Shown here piece by piece: positions 12,872 to 25,504 of a DNA stretch of 64,000 nt. The notes beneath the pieces were generated by a model that ran no database searches, was not told the origin of the DNA, and saw nothing but the letters and a program-made list of their open reading frames with translations. Source of the stretch: Octopus vulgaris (taxonomy: Eukaryota); assembly GCA_951406725.2 (NCBI GenBank), contig OX597826.1, forward strand, positions 76,322,001 through 76,386,000, read 5' to 3'. Position numbers and translations under genes: made by a program. The first letter of the stretch is position 1. Every line of letters begins with the position of its first letter.

Positions 12872-13575
12872 ATATATAGCTAAGTTAGTGTTAACACCTC
12901 ACATGTATAGGAAAGAAAGTTATTTTGTTCCACACGGATAGAAGAATTTGAAAATGCACTTGGAGTCTTTTAGATGGTTATTTATAAAGGCTTAACAGAA
13001 TTTTCTGATTTTCGAAAGTTAAGCGAGATAAAAAAGAGGTAGGGCTACACTACAAGTGTCTTGATTCTGACTGAAATTCGGAAGTTCTCTTCTTTTTATT
13101 GTGGCTCAATTTAGTATCTCTTTAGGATAATCAGTATATCAGAAAAATCTGTGAAACCGGTTGAGCATTTAAAAATATATGATAAGCCATAGCCTTATAG
13201 CATTTTGATTGTTTTGGCAGGAGACGGTTCCAGACATATTTCAATTTAGCCTATTGTGTTGTATTACTTTTTAAAAAATCGTTACACCATCTGCTGAAGA
13301 CTTATGAATCTCTATCTTTTACCCTGAAACCGGGGATATCAGTAACAGCATCATAAGCCAACGAGTCAGCGAGTCACCATTGAATGTGCTAATACGTGGT
13401 CCTTCAAATTGCTAGAATAGCACCAAAATCGCGCACAAATTCACTCCACTGCTTTAATTAAACGGCATGTTGAATAATATAATCACATTTGAATAAATCG
13501 ATAGATTTCCTGGGAAAGATTATGGATTTGGTTGATCAGGGCAAAATCTAAAAGCACCACCAACAGCAATAATAA

Positions 13576-14147
13576 TCTTTTTTACTCTAGGGACAAGGTA
13601 AAAATTTTGAGGGAGGGGGCTAGTCGATACCGTCGACCCCAGTGCTTGACTGGGGTGCTGACCCTGAAAGTCGGCCTCAGCAGCATCACAACTCAGGGGA
13701 ACGAAAAGCCGCTCACCATTTTCTCGGGCTTGCTAACGATTCTGCCAGCCCTAACCAACAGAATCATAATAATTCTTTCTACTGTAGGCACAAAGTCTGA
13801 AAATTTGGGGGAGGGGATAGTCGATTATGTCGATCCCAGTGCGTAACTGGTACTTATTTCATCGACCACGAAAGGATGAAAATCAAAATCGACCACGGCG
13901 GAATTTGAACTCAAAACATAGCGGCAGACGAAATACCTATTTCTTTACAATCCACAGAGAGGACAGACAAACGGATTAAGTCGATTATATCGACCCAGTG
14001 TGTAACTGGTACTTATTTAATCGACCCCGAAAGGATGAAAGGCAAAGTCGACCTCGGCGGAATTTGAACTCAGAACGTAACGGCAGACGAAATACGGCTA
14101 AGTATTTCGCCCGGCGTGCTAACGTTTCTGCCAGCTCTCGCCGCCTT
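13576..14147 (-). mobile_element. SINE family A, cluster of three head-to-tail copies
   Basis: Repeated tcgac...aaggatgaaa..caaa.tcgacc.cggcggaatttgaactca units; best-preserved copy about 13935-14147. Confidence 0.88.
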
Positions 14148-14289
14148 CAATAGAATAATGATAATACGACAGAATACCAAAAATAACAGCAATAACAACA
14201 GTATAACCGCAATAATAACGTTATACCAAACAAGATATTTGGTTCCGTCTCCTTGTAATACCGATTCTTCCGATAACAGTTTGGAATAA

Positions 14290-15255
14290 ATTTTGTCCTT
14301 CGGAGACAACTGGAGGCCATGAACAAAGTGTAAAAGTGACGAGTATGTAGTTGTTGATTAATTCCAGGTTAACCCTGAAATTGTAGACTTTTAATCAAAT
14401 ACATTCCACTCGTGAGTATCCCATCCTAAGATAAAATTACAGTATTTAATGTCTTTTTCGTTTCTATGACGTGTGATCAGGTTTCAGTTGCTATTTCTAG
14501 CAGACTCCATAGCGGCTTCCTTCCTTGTTCACTTCTAGAGTTGATCTTAAAAACCTTTGGATACTAGCTGGGCTAGAATAAGATATTGTAACAAAAGTAG
14601 ATATACGGGCGGTTGATTCGATCGTCTTTGCTCCTCTTCTACAAATATTTGGCCAAGTCTAGGTGTGAGAAATCATTGCTAATCATTTGCTCAAATCCTC
14701 AAGACACTCATAATCCTTCTCCACCGATTTCTTACTTCTTCCTCTTCTCTCCAATTATTTCGTCACTCTTTATGAAGATAAAAGTTACCAGTCTCATTAA
14801 GTTTAAAGCTCGTTCTATGCCGTAAAATTCTAATTGATTAACATGATTGTATTCATTAGTTTTCCTATAGAATAAACAAACGAGAAAATGGAGGTCTATA
14901 TTGTTTTAACTAGTTGCAATCACGTTTAACTTGCCGTCATTTTTATAGCTTCTCTCTTCAACCGGAAATATGCAATAAATTCACGTTTGTCAAACGAAGA
15001 AGTATTCTTCTTCGCATAAAATCGACCATTTTTCGTAATTAATTTCATCTTTGCTCACTCATGGAGTTTTCTGAACGAAGAACTTGCTATAAATCAGGCG
15101 TTTTCTATGTGAAATTTAACACCTACTTTCAAAATAAGAAGCAGCAACGGCAATGAAGAGAAGATGTCGCCCGATGAATGTTCACGAGGATGTTTTGCTT
15201 TAACCTTGGAAAGGTACTAAAATATCCTTTCCCCAATTGATTACTGGTAAAGTAA

Positions 15256-15324
<69 letters not shown>

Positions 15325-15325
15325 C

Positions 15326-15420
<95 letters not shown>

Positions 15421-15436
15421 ATTCTATATCTATCTG

Positions 15437-15487
<51 letters not shown>

Positions 15488-15617
15488 GTCTGTCATTCTA
15501 TCTGTCTGTCTGTCTGTCTGTCTATTTTGTCCTTCAGGGACAACTGGAGGCCATGAACAAAGTGTATAAGTGACGAGTATGTAGTTGTTGATTAACTCCA
15601 GGTTAATTAACCCTGAA
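14290..15617 (+). repeat. Local direct duplication of about 90 bp (14290-14379 and 15524-15617)
   Basis: attttgtccttc...gacaactggaggccatgaacaaagtgta.aagtgacgagtatgtagttgttgattaa occurs twice. Confidence 0.9.
15256..15523 (+). repeat. (TATC)n/(TGTC)n microsatellite
   Basis: Direct inspection; similar arrays near 9580-9700, 32470-32600 and 34400-34666. Confidence 0.95.
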
Positions 15618-15644
15618 TAGACAGACAATTATATAAATTGTAAG

Positions 15645-15709
<65 letters not shown>

Positions 15710-15715
15710 TTGTAT

Positions 15716-15968
15716 ATATAAAGCATTTTTAGAGAGTTATATGGAAAAAAATGATAAATTTTTTTGAGAGTATATCCCCTATTTGCGGTTTGTGTTTCTA
15801 TACCCCATGTCGAATTTATCGATATGGGGAACTAAAATTTTCGCTGCGTTAGTATTATGACATTGGGCTATAAGTTTCATCAGTATCGGTTGAAAGCCGT
15901 GGTCAGGGTGAGGGTACAAGCAAACAGACACACAGAAACACGCACAGACAAACTGCCGTTTATATAGA
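15716..15968 (-). mobile_element. Non-autonomous Helitron, 3'-truncated copy
   Basis: Reverse complement matches 7040-7380 (tataaacggcagtttgtctgtgcgtgtttctg...ccacggctttcaaccgat) with internal deletions; CTAG end absent. Confidence 0.85.
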
Positions 15969-15986
15969 TATATATATATATATATA

Positions 15987-16287
15987 TCACTGTGACTGAC
16001 CAGGCTATCAGATGTTGCTACACATCGCTGGTCACAATGCACTTTGCATTGTTTTAGCCTTCAAATGACGCCACCCTGCCAGCTAAGCGAGCAGGCCAAC
16101 AGCAGAAAGAATGAGAGAAAGTTGTGGCGAAAGAATACAGCAGCGATCACCACCACCCCCTGCCGGAGCCTCGTGGAGCTTTTAGGTGTTTTCGCTCAAT
16201 AAACACTCACAACGCCCAGTCTGGGAATCGAAACCGCGATCCTACAACCGTGAGTCCGTTGCCCTCACCACTGGGCCATTGCGCCTC

Positions 16288-16290
<3 letters not shown>
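15987..16290 (-). mobile_element. SINE family C, tail type 3
   Basis: Same head and body as 12142; different 3' sequence. Confidence 0.88.
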
Positions 16291-16344
<54 letters not shown>

Positions 16345-17250
16345 AACACACACGCACACACATTTATATGGACATATATATAAATGCATACGTATGCATA
16401 TATGTGTGTGTATGTATATATATATGTATATGCATACACACACACACACATATATATATGTATGTACGTATGTATATATTTCTTTATGTTGCTAAATTAG
16501 CTAAAATACCATCTGTCACCTGCATTCAACCCATCACCTGTAATTGTGCATCATTAGCGAGAAGATATACGCTTCAGGTATCCATTATGAAGATATCTTT
16601 CAGGGAGACACTAAAAAATTTTCATAATTATTCTCTTTCTTTCTCTCAGATGACCATCAAAAATATGGAACGACGATTAATCAAGCGTTACAAACTTTTC
16701 TGGATATTTTGGTAAAGAAATGCTGAAAGTAATGCATTTGTAATCCGTATTGAGTATTACAACTTCGTAAAACGCATGATTTGGGCCCAGGATGAGACCA
16801 TTAAAGCTGCAGGGATAATCTAATCGGATTTACAGGACGTGTATGTGTGTGTGTGTGTGTGTGTGCGCACTCACACGCGCGCGTACATACGCTTATACAT
16901 AACTGAAATGAAAATGAGTTAAGAAAACAATAAAGATGGATAAGAGTATGTTAAATAGGATATACGATAAATCTTGGATTTATTGAGATAATCTCTGATT
17001 CAAATGAAGATTAAATCAAGTGGTCGGTGGGAATTGGTACCAAACCGAAATGTGAAGAAGAGATAATCTCAAGAATTCTTGAAAGTTGAGATGCCATTTA
17101 GGGAAAGACATTTTGATTATCTGAAGACAAATGGACAACTGGGGACATTCTCTTTCCTTTTCTCTCCTCTGTCTCTCTCTCTCTGTCTCTCTCTCTCTGT
17201 CTCTCTCTCTTACTCACTCCCTCGCTTTCATTCTCTCTCTCTATCTCTCT

Positions 17251-17623
17251 GTGGTAAGAAGTTTGCTTACCAACCACATGATTCCGGGTTCGGTCCCACT
17301 GCGTGACACATTAACCAAGTGTCTTCTACTATAGCCTTGCACCGACTAAAGCTTTGTGAGTAGATTTAGTAGGCGGAAACTGAAAAGAAGCCCATTGTAT
17401 GTGAGTGTGTTTGAGTGCTTCTCTCTGTATTTGTCTTCCACTTCCGCGACAGCTTGACACACAGTATCGTTAGTTTACGTGCCCGTAAATTAGTGGTTCG
17501 GCAAAAGAGACCGATAGTATAAGTATCAGGCTTAAAGTGGAAATAATTACTGGGGTGGGGTCGATCCATTTCACTAAAAATTCTTCAAGTCCGTAGTCTA
17601 ATGAGTGAAGCAAGTAAAAGATA
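17251..17623 (+). mobile_element. SINE family B, diverged
   Basis: gtggtaagaagtttgcttaccaaccacatg...ggttcggcaaaagagaccgatag. Confidence 0.85.
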
Positions 17624-17638
17624 TAGACACACCACATG

Positions 17639-17711
<73 letters not shown>

Positions 17712-18144
17712 ACACACACACGCACACACAGAGACTTGCATACACAAACACACACGCAAACATACATATATTCGCTCTGTAATCATGAAGTCGCAGGTGC
17801 CCGGAAACTACATGGAAGCCTATTATATAAACTGCACTTGTGAATAACATGGTATACTCAGCCATTTTCAAATTAATTCAAAGAAACGGCTGTACAGTTA
17901 ATCGATCGACTAAAAAAAGTCATCTTCGAAACCGACGGAAGAGCGACACACACGCACACGCACACACACACACAGACACACTGGTATTTACACACACACA
18001 CACACGTAAATACGAACATATGTATGTGCGTGTGCGTGAGAGCGTGTGTACATCCGAGTTCTTTTGTTCTCCAGTTGCCGTCGTGCGTCTCATCTTTCTC
18101 CGCCGACATCTTTCATCTTCTGCATTTTGCCTTTGGTGATGAAA

Positions 18145-18163
18145 TAGTGACACCTAGCGGCCA
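18145..18163 (-). promoter_or_regulatory. CTCF-like binding motif
   Basis: Minus strand TGGCCGCTAGGTGTCACTA aligns over 19 nt to the CTCF consensus TGGCCACCAGGGGGCGCTA; lies in unique sequence. Confidence 0.5.
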
Positions 18164-18304
18164 GGCAGAATAACCTCAGTGACAGGGTGAGACAACTGAA
18201 GTGAATTCCCTGCGGTATTGGTTGAGCTAAATTGACTGTTTGGTTTCAGTGTAAGCTCTAGGGAACAGCAGAGGTGACCAAACTGGTTTCGTTTATGAGA
18301 CTGA

Positions 18305-18359
<55 letters not shown>

Positions 18360-19926
18360 TGTCTGTGTGTTTGTGTTTGTGTCTCTATGTGTCTGTGTAT
18401 GTGAGCGTAGATGTATATGTGTATACGTGTGTCGGTTTTGCGTATGCACGAGATTGAACATCTTGTTGTCTATGTGTGTATGTGTGTATGCCTGTATGTA
18501 AATGTGTGTGTGCGTGTATGGTGTGAATGTGTTTGTATATGGGTATATACGGGTATATATGTATTTGTACCTCGGTGTGTACATGTGTATGTGTGTGCGA
18601 GCGTGTAAATGCGTGTGTAGGCGGGTGTCTGAGCAAAAATTGAAGTTGGATTGTGTTGTATTTGTGTGTGTGTATGCGTGTGTCTGTATGCCCTTCTTTG
18701 TATGCATGTGTGTATGTGTGATTGTGTATGTGTGTGTGTATGCGTGTGTGTGTATGCACGTGTTTGTATGAATGTGTGCATGTGTGATTGTGTATGTGTG
18801 TGTGTGTGAGTGTGTGTGCGTGTGTGTGTTTATGTGAGTGTGGTAGTGTGACGTCTGTGAAACAACGTGTGCGCATGCTTGAATTCGCCAGCATATGTTT
18901 TTAGTCGCCTCTTTCTCCGTGTCTGTGTTTGTATAAGAAAGAGAGAGAGGGAGGGAGAGAGAGTGAGGAAGAGGAGGGAGAAAAAGAGCGAGTGAAAGAG
19001 AATAAGACAGAGAGATTATGTGCAATGTTGTTCACTTGTATATGCAAAGGTACATGGCAAAATATTTTGATAGTAAATATTAGTGCACGTGTTTATTTTG
19101 CTATTTCATTGCAGGAGGAAGGAAGGCCCCACGCACCGTGGCAGAGGAGAACGAGTGGCAGGGTTCATCACCCATGGCAGTCTCCACTAGACGTAATGCG
19201 GCTTACGTTCAGTTTGAAGATTTGCACGTCAATCAATCTATGTAGTCACGAATATGTTTTGCTGTTTCGTCTCAGACCAATTCAAAATACTCGGACCTAG
19301 GACGAATGGTGTTCAAGTCTTGACTATCCAATATTTTTGTGCATCTGGCTTCGGCTACTATTTCCAGCAGATCGTGCCGCCACTTAAAGATTACTCTGGT
19401 CATTCTTATATGAAGAAATAATTCCTGACGTTGTGAGATATCGATGCTGAGACCCGAATTGGATGGCAAAGGCAAGGGAGGTAAATCTTGTACGTCTGTT
19501 TGGCTGGAGGCGACTCGTTTGTTGCGAGTTCTTGGGATCAGGAATAACTGTTGTAGAAGAAGGGGCCAACTGAGGAAACAGTGGGTCTGTGAGTGTGATG
19601 GTGAAGAGAGCCTTTGAAATCAGTTGGATGAATGAGTGTTCGGTTTGTGGTCTTGTTCGAATATATACCTATGTCTAACAAACAACGACACACATTTCTT
19701 GAAGAGTGAAATGCTTTTATGCTTCTGTGCCATAAACGAAACCAAAACTACACACATTCTCACACACACACTCACATGCACTGAGAGAGAGAGAGAGAGA
19801 GGGAGAGGGTGAGAAAGAGAGTGAGTGAGAGAGAGGGAGAGAGAGGTGACTATATGAATGATGCTTGTATGTAAGTATGAAGTCAGTGATTCATTCCTTT
19901 GCTACTTTAGGTTTTATGCACGGCCA

Positions 19927-20345
19927 CCTATTTCTTTACTACCCACAAGGGGCTAAATACAGAGAGGACAAACAAGGACAGACAGACGGATTAAGTCGAT
20001 TATATCGATCCCAGTGCGTAACTGGTACTTATTTGATCGACCCCGAAAGGATGAAAGGCAAAATCGACCTCGGCGGAATTTGAACTCAGAACGCAGCAGC
20101 AGACGAAATACCTATTTCTTTACTACCCACAAGGGGCTAAACGAAGAGAGGACAAACAAGGACAGACAGACGGATTAAGTCGATTACATCGACCCCAGTG
20201 CGTAACTGGTAATTAATTTATCGACCCCGAAAGGATGAAAGGCAAAGTCGACCTCGGCGGAATTTGAACTCAGAACGTAACGGCAGACGAAATTCTGCTG
20301 ACCATTTCGCCCGGAGTGCTAACGTTTCTGCCAGCTCGCTGCCTT
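19927..20345 (-). mobile_element. SINE family A, tandem dimer
   Basis: Two consecutive cctatttctttactacccacaaggggctaaa...ggcggaatttgaactcagaacg units. Confidence 0.92.
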
Positions 20346-20363
20346 GAAATTAAAAATACAAGC

Positions 20364-20435
20364 CTTCCCGGCAGGGAATCGAACCCCGGTCTCCCACGTG
20401 ACAAGCGGGGATACTTACCACTATACTACCGAGGA
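20364..20435 (-). tRNA. trnD-GTC: tRNA-Asp(GTC), possibly decaying or pseudogenic
   Basis: TCCTCGGTAGTATAGTGGTAAGTATCCCCGCTTGTCACGTGGGAGACCGGGGTTCGATTCCCTGCCGGGAAG folds as a cloverleaf with anticodon GTC; T5 Pol III terminator 7 nt downstream; C2:A71 mismatch, G-U pairs in the anticodon and T stems. Confidence 0.9.
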
Positions 20436-21752
20436 CCGAACTATTTCAGGTGTCTATGAGTCAACGCTGAAAGCAAAGTGGGAAAACAGACGTTACTGGT
20501 TCCATTCTTTCGTTGGTGTGTAGCAGTGTAGAGAGGAGCCTTAGTGCCTTGTGTTACTGCTGGTCGTATTCGAAGGGAGATAATACATATTAACTGCAAA
20601 AGGTTGAAGTTTTTGATGAACAAAATGGCGATTTTCAATTTTGACTCCTCCATTACGGTGCCGTGCTATTAGAAAGTGTTAATGAGAGGGCGTTTGGAAA
20701 TGGCATCCCTCATAAGACAGTAGGTCAAGAAAGATATATTCAGGGATATATTTAAACAAGACCACAAACCGAACACTCATCCAACTGATTTGGAAGGCTC
20801 TCAGCACCACCACACTCACAAATCCACTGTTTATCATTGCCCATGTAGCAAATTTGTGGTTGAATGAGTTTTTATTGTCGGGGTATTTTCCATGAACACT
20901 TAAATTTCAATCTGAAACCAACTATTGCCACTCGGATAACATCCACTCACAGATCATATGATACTTCTAAAGGCCCATGTCCAGCAAGCGAATTTTTTTC
21001 CCACGAGAGTAATGAATTCATTTGCATACAGCCAATCAGAGCTCGCCTTGAAAAGCCTATGCTCAAGTACCTCTGCTCAGACAGAGATTAGTGATACTGC
21101 ATGTACCCATTGATATATGCAAGGAGGGCGCAATACGACACAACGCCATATTGATTTCGATGTTTCCAGATCAACACCAACATTTTAAATTAGGAATGTA
21201 CAAAATCAGTCAAAAAATTAGGAAACTACACTCATTTACATTTTCTAGTAAATTACGCAAATTGGCAACACTTATGGCATCATCTGGGAGCAGATCTCCA
21301 TTCAATGTCGCCCCTATTAACCCATTTAGAACAGTTAGATTTTGTTATAACGCACATTTTCTACTGAACTCAACCAGAGTAATTTTGTGACTAGGTGGAC
21401 ACTAGTTTGATAGTTGAGCTTTGAATGGCCATATGCAAATAAGTTTATAATTGGGGTCCGGAACTCTCGTGGGAAAAAGTTTCGCGTTCGGCAAGATGGT
21501 AGCAAGATCGAACCTGAAATCTCGTGCATGGTGAAACCCTTAGCGCCAAGTCTTAGGTAGAACTGTGGACAACACCCTAAGCTGGGTTGCATACATGGAT
21601 AATGGAATCGATAAGAACCGTAGAATATGCTCATGGACCCTAAGAACTTTGCAGGTCAGAGATCCTGACACTACTACGAGCCTCCTATTCTCTACGTTTA
21701 TCAGTCTTTTCCTTGAATTCTAACTGGGGTCTTCCTACACATGAGAATAAGG

Positions 21753-21787
<35 letters not shown>

Positions 21788-21892
21788 TCTCTCCTATGGC
21801 ATTCTTATACATAGTTTCTCTCTTGCATTTTTCTAGCTTTCTTCGTCATTTCTTTTCCCACACAAGAATATTCTCCTTTTCTTTATTTTAAC

Positions 21893-21911
21893 CTTTCCTT
21901 TTCTTTCTTTC

Positions 21912-21992
<81 letters not shown>

Positions 21993-22134
21993 TTCTTTCT
22001 TTCTTCCTCTTCCTTCCTTCCTTCCTTCCTTCCTTCCTTCCTTCCTTCTTTCCTTTCTTTTTTTCTTTCTTTCTTTCTTTCTTCTTCCCTTCCTTCCTTC
22101 CTTCCTTCCTTGCTTTTATTCTTTTTCTTTTTTT

Positions 22135-22173
<39 letters not shown>

Positions 22174-22206
22174 ACCTTTCTTCCTTTCTTCTTCCTTTCT
22201 TTCTTC

Positions 22207-22273
<67 letters not shown>

Positions 22274-22312
22274 TTCTTCCTTCCTTTCCTTTCTTTCTTC
22301 CTTCCTTCCTTC

Positions 22313-22351
<39 letters not shown>

Positions 22352-22465
22352 TCCTTCCTTTCTTCTTTCCTTCCTTTCTTTATTTCTTTCTTTCTTTCTT
22401 TCTTCCTTCCTTCCTTCCTTCCTTTCTTTCTTTCTTTCTTTCTACCTTTCTTCCTTTCTTCTTCC

Positions 22466-22498
<33 letters not shown>

Positions 22499-22533
22499 TT
22501 CCTTCCTTCCTTTCTTTCTTTCTTCCTTCCTTC

Positions 22534-22583
<50 letters not shown>

Positions 22584-22661
22584 CACCTTTCTTCCTTTCT
22601 TCTTCCTTTCTTTCTTCCTTTCTTTCTTTCTTTCTTTCTTTCTTCCTTCCTTCCTTTCTTC

Positions 22662-22717
<56 letters not shown>

Positions 22718-22737
22718 TTCCTTCCTTCCTTCCTTTC

Positions 22738-22768
<31 letters not shown>

Positions 22769-22832
22769 TTCCTTCCTTCCTTCCTTCCTTTCTTTCTTTC
22801 TTTCTTTCTTTCCTTCCTTTCTTCTTTCCTTC

Positions 22833-22873
<41 letters not shown>

Positions 22874-22880
22874 TTCCTTC

Positions 22881-22913
<33 letters not shown>

Positions 22914-22990
22914 TCCCTCCCTCCCTCCCTTCTTTTCTTTCTTTCTTTCTTCCTCCCTTCCTTTCTTTCTTTCTTTCTTTCTTTCTTTCT
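21893..22990 (+). repeat. (TTTC)n/(TTCC)n polypyrimidine tract of about 1.1 kb
   Basis: Almost purine-free on the + strand. Confidence 0.97.
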
Positions 22991-23115
22991 AGTAGAAAAA
23001 TCATGCGATGTCGTTCTCCACCCCCACCACTCTCTTCCATTGCTTTCTTTTTCTTTCCTTTCGCTTATCGATTCCTTACTCTTTTCTCTTTCTTCACACC
23101 CTTTCCTTCACACAT

Positions 23116-23159
<44 letters not shown>

Positions 23160-23299
23160 TCCCCTTTCCTTCTCTCTTTTTGTCTCTCTTTCTCCTACTA
23201 CACCACAATCACACGTACACACACACACATACACACACACACACAAACATACACTCATACAAACATAACTCAGAGGGAAAAAGAGCAACAACAAACCCC

Positions 23300-23607
23300 A
23301 ACCCCCGCCAAAATGTTGTCCTAGGGCAACGGCGGTGCTTGCAACCCCACCGCCGCCCGCCCCTTCATCCCTTCCCTCCCTCACACCCCTCCCACTCGCA
23401 CACTGTATCATGTAATGGGATGGGGTCGACTCTAGCATTACCCTACCTAAGCAGCACCCGCCTAAAGTGTCACCTCAAGCAAGTCCCACGTGACTAGACG
23501 GTGCCGCCAGCCTCTCGCTCCACCACACAACGCCTTCCGCGACACGTTCTTGATTCGCTGATCAAAGTTTGTTATTAATTTCATAAATTGATTTCTTCGG
23601 GCTGGAA
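23300..23607. promoter_or_regulatory. Candidate cis-regulatory island
   Basis: GC/CpG-richer unique block with CACGTG (23487-23492), ATCAAAG (23561-23567), TTAAT and CATAAA (23582-23587). Confidence 0.35.
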
Positions 23608-23656
23608 GTGTGTGTGTGTGTGTGTGTATGGGGGTGGGGAAGGAAAGAGTACAGCA

Positions 23657-23715
<59 letters not shown>

Positions 23716-23904
23716 GTGGGGCGCGATATTGCAGCCTTGGTTTCAAGTAAGATAAAGTCAATTACAACAACAAACACAACTAGCAGCAACTACAACGACT
23801 TCTTAGAAATAGTAGTCAAATCGCCCTCAAATCGTATTCTGTCTTAAAAACGAACGCATTGGAGAATTGGAGAATAATGTTTTATATACACTATTCTTTT
23901 ATTA

Positions 23905-24283
23905 TTTCACTTGTTTCAGTCATTTAACTGCGGTCATGCTGGAGCACCGCCTTTAGTCGAACACATGGACCCCAGGACTTATTCTTTGTAAGCCTAGTGC
24001 TTATTCTATCGGTTGGTTTTGCCAAACCGCTAAGTTACGGGGACGGAAACACACCAACATCGGTTTCAAGCGATGGTGGGGATAAACACACACAAATACA
24101 TATACATACATACATACATACACACACATACACACACATATATATATATATGACGGGCTTCTTTCAGTTTCCGTCTACCAAATCCACTCATAAGGCTTTG
24201 GTTGGCCTGAGGCTATAGTAGAATACACTTGCCCAAAGTGCCACGTAGTGGGACTGAACGCGGAACCATGTTGTTGGGAAGCA
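23905..24283 (-). mobile_element. SINE family B
   Basis: Reverse complement of the 12415 copy, missing the first part of the head. Confidence 0.88.
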
Positions 24284-24555
24284 GTTCTGTCAACGAGACT
24301 AGGCGTGGAAAAGTATGTCTGATAAACAGTGACCATACCAGCTCAGCATCAAAGAAACGCTGGAGATGTCGAAGCCTCAGTGCATGTCAGCGCATCATCA
24401 ACCCAAGGCATACCTAGTCCTGTCTCCGGTAGATGTTGATATCGAAAGGTGCGCCTGACAAGTGGAATGCGTCTCTTCTACAAAAGCTGCAGACTAGCTG
24501 CCACAGTCATGTGCGATGTGACCCGGGGAAAGGCATGACGGCCAGACTCAGAACA
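24284..24555 (-). pseudogene. L1/Tx1-like LINE ORF2 fragment (post-RT region)
   Basis: Manual translation IPLVRRTFRYQHLPETGLGMPW/LMMR*HALRLRHLQRFFDAELVWSLFIR with one frameshift and one stop; resembles the P...GGLG.P motif after L1/Tx1 RT. Confidence 0.65.
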
Positions 24556-24701
24556 AGATTTATGTATTGGCCAATATGAGCCAAGGCTAAAGGACATACA
24601 AACTAAGGCTTGGACATAAAATTTTAAAAATACATTTAAAACAATTAAATAAATATTTTGCAATTTATTTTATTCGTGTAAATTCTTTTTAATCTAGCAG
24701 A

Positions 24702-25069
24702 GTTCTTTAAAATTTATTCAGCCCTCTTCATTTATTGGGCCCTTTTAAATTAAAAAAAAGCCATTGAAATTCTTTACTACTCTAGGAACAAGGCCCGATT
24801 TTTTTTTTGGTGGGGCCAGTCGAACCCAGTACACAACTGGTACTTAATTTATCGACTCCGAAAGGATGAAAGGCAAAGTCGACCTCGGTGAAATTTGAAC
24901 TCAGAATGTAAAGACAGACGAAATACCTATTTCTTTACTACCCACAAGGGTTTGTGTGTCTGTGTGTCCCAAGGGCCTCGGCAGATTCAGGACTCAGTGA
25001 ATTTTAATGGCTTTTTTCTTTATTTAAGAGGACTCAATAAATGGAGAAGCTCAATAAATTTTAAAGATC
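24702..25069. repeat. Fold-back element (arms 24702-24772 / 24999-25069) with a family A SINE in its centre
   Basis: tctttaaaatttatt.agc..ct.catttattg.g.cct.ttaaat...aaaagccatt.aaattc in both orientations; SINE at about 24773-24950. Confidence 0.8.
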
Positions 25070-25334
25070 TCAGATAAAAAAGAACTTCCCATTGTATGAT
25101 TATTTGAGAATTTTCTGAGTTTTACCAGTTCTTGTTTTATGACCTTCTCACCAATCATCTTCAGATGGTAGTTCTAAGATAAGCCCAAAATAGTTTTGAG
25201 TAATCCGAAACTTCGGAGTCACTATCAATCATTCTTTGCAAAAACATATGTGACACTACTAAAATATACCGATCGATTCTTCAATTAATTTTTGATTGTT
25301 TTTTATCTATATTAAATATGCATAAAAAGCATTG

Positions 25335-25389
<55 letters not shown>

Positions 25390-25504
25390 TATATAAATAC
25401 ACGTACATATAAGCGTGTATACATACACACGCACGCATATATATATATATACACACACACACATACATTTGTATATTACATTCATGTATGTGTGTTTGCA
25501 TGGA

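Larger units (their letters stand above)
19576..20832. repeat. Inverted repeat of about 95 bp (19576-19670 / 20742-20832) enclosing the tRNA-Asp copy
   Basis: aaacagtgg.t.tgtgagtgtg.tggtg..gagagcctt..aaatcagttggatg...gagtgttcggtttgtggtcttgtt occurs in opposite orientations. Confidence 0.88.

Noticed and set aside
19114-19575. Possible exon after ttttgctatttcattgcag
   Set aside because: All three frames stop within about 190 nt and none resembles a protein I recognise; could be TE debris or non-coding sequence.
21883-23324. 385-aa and 404-aa ORFs (KKER / FFLS repeats)
   Set aside because: Stop-free only because they span the (TTTC)n tract.
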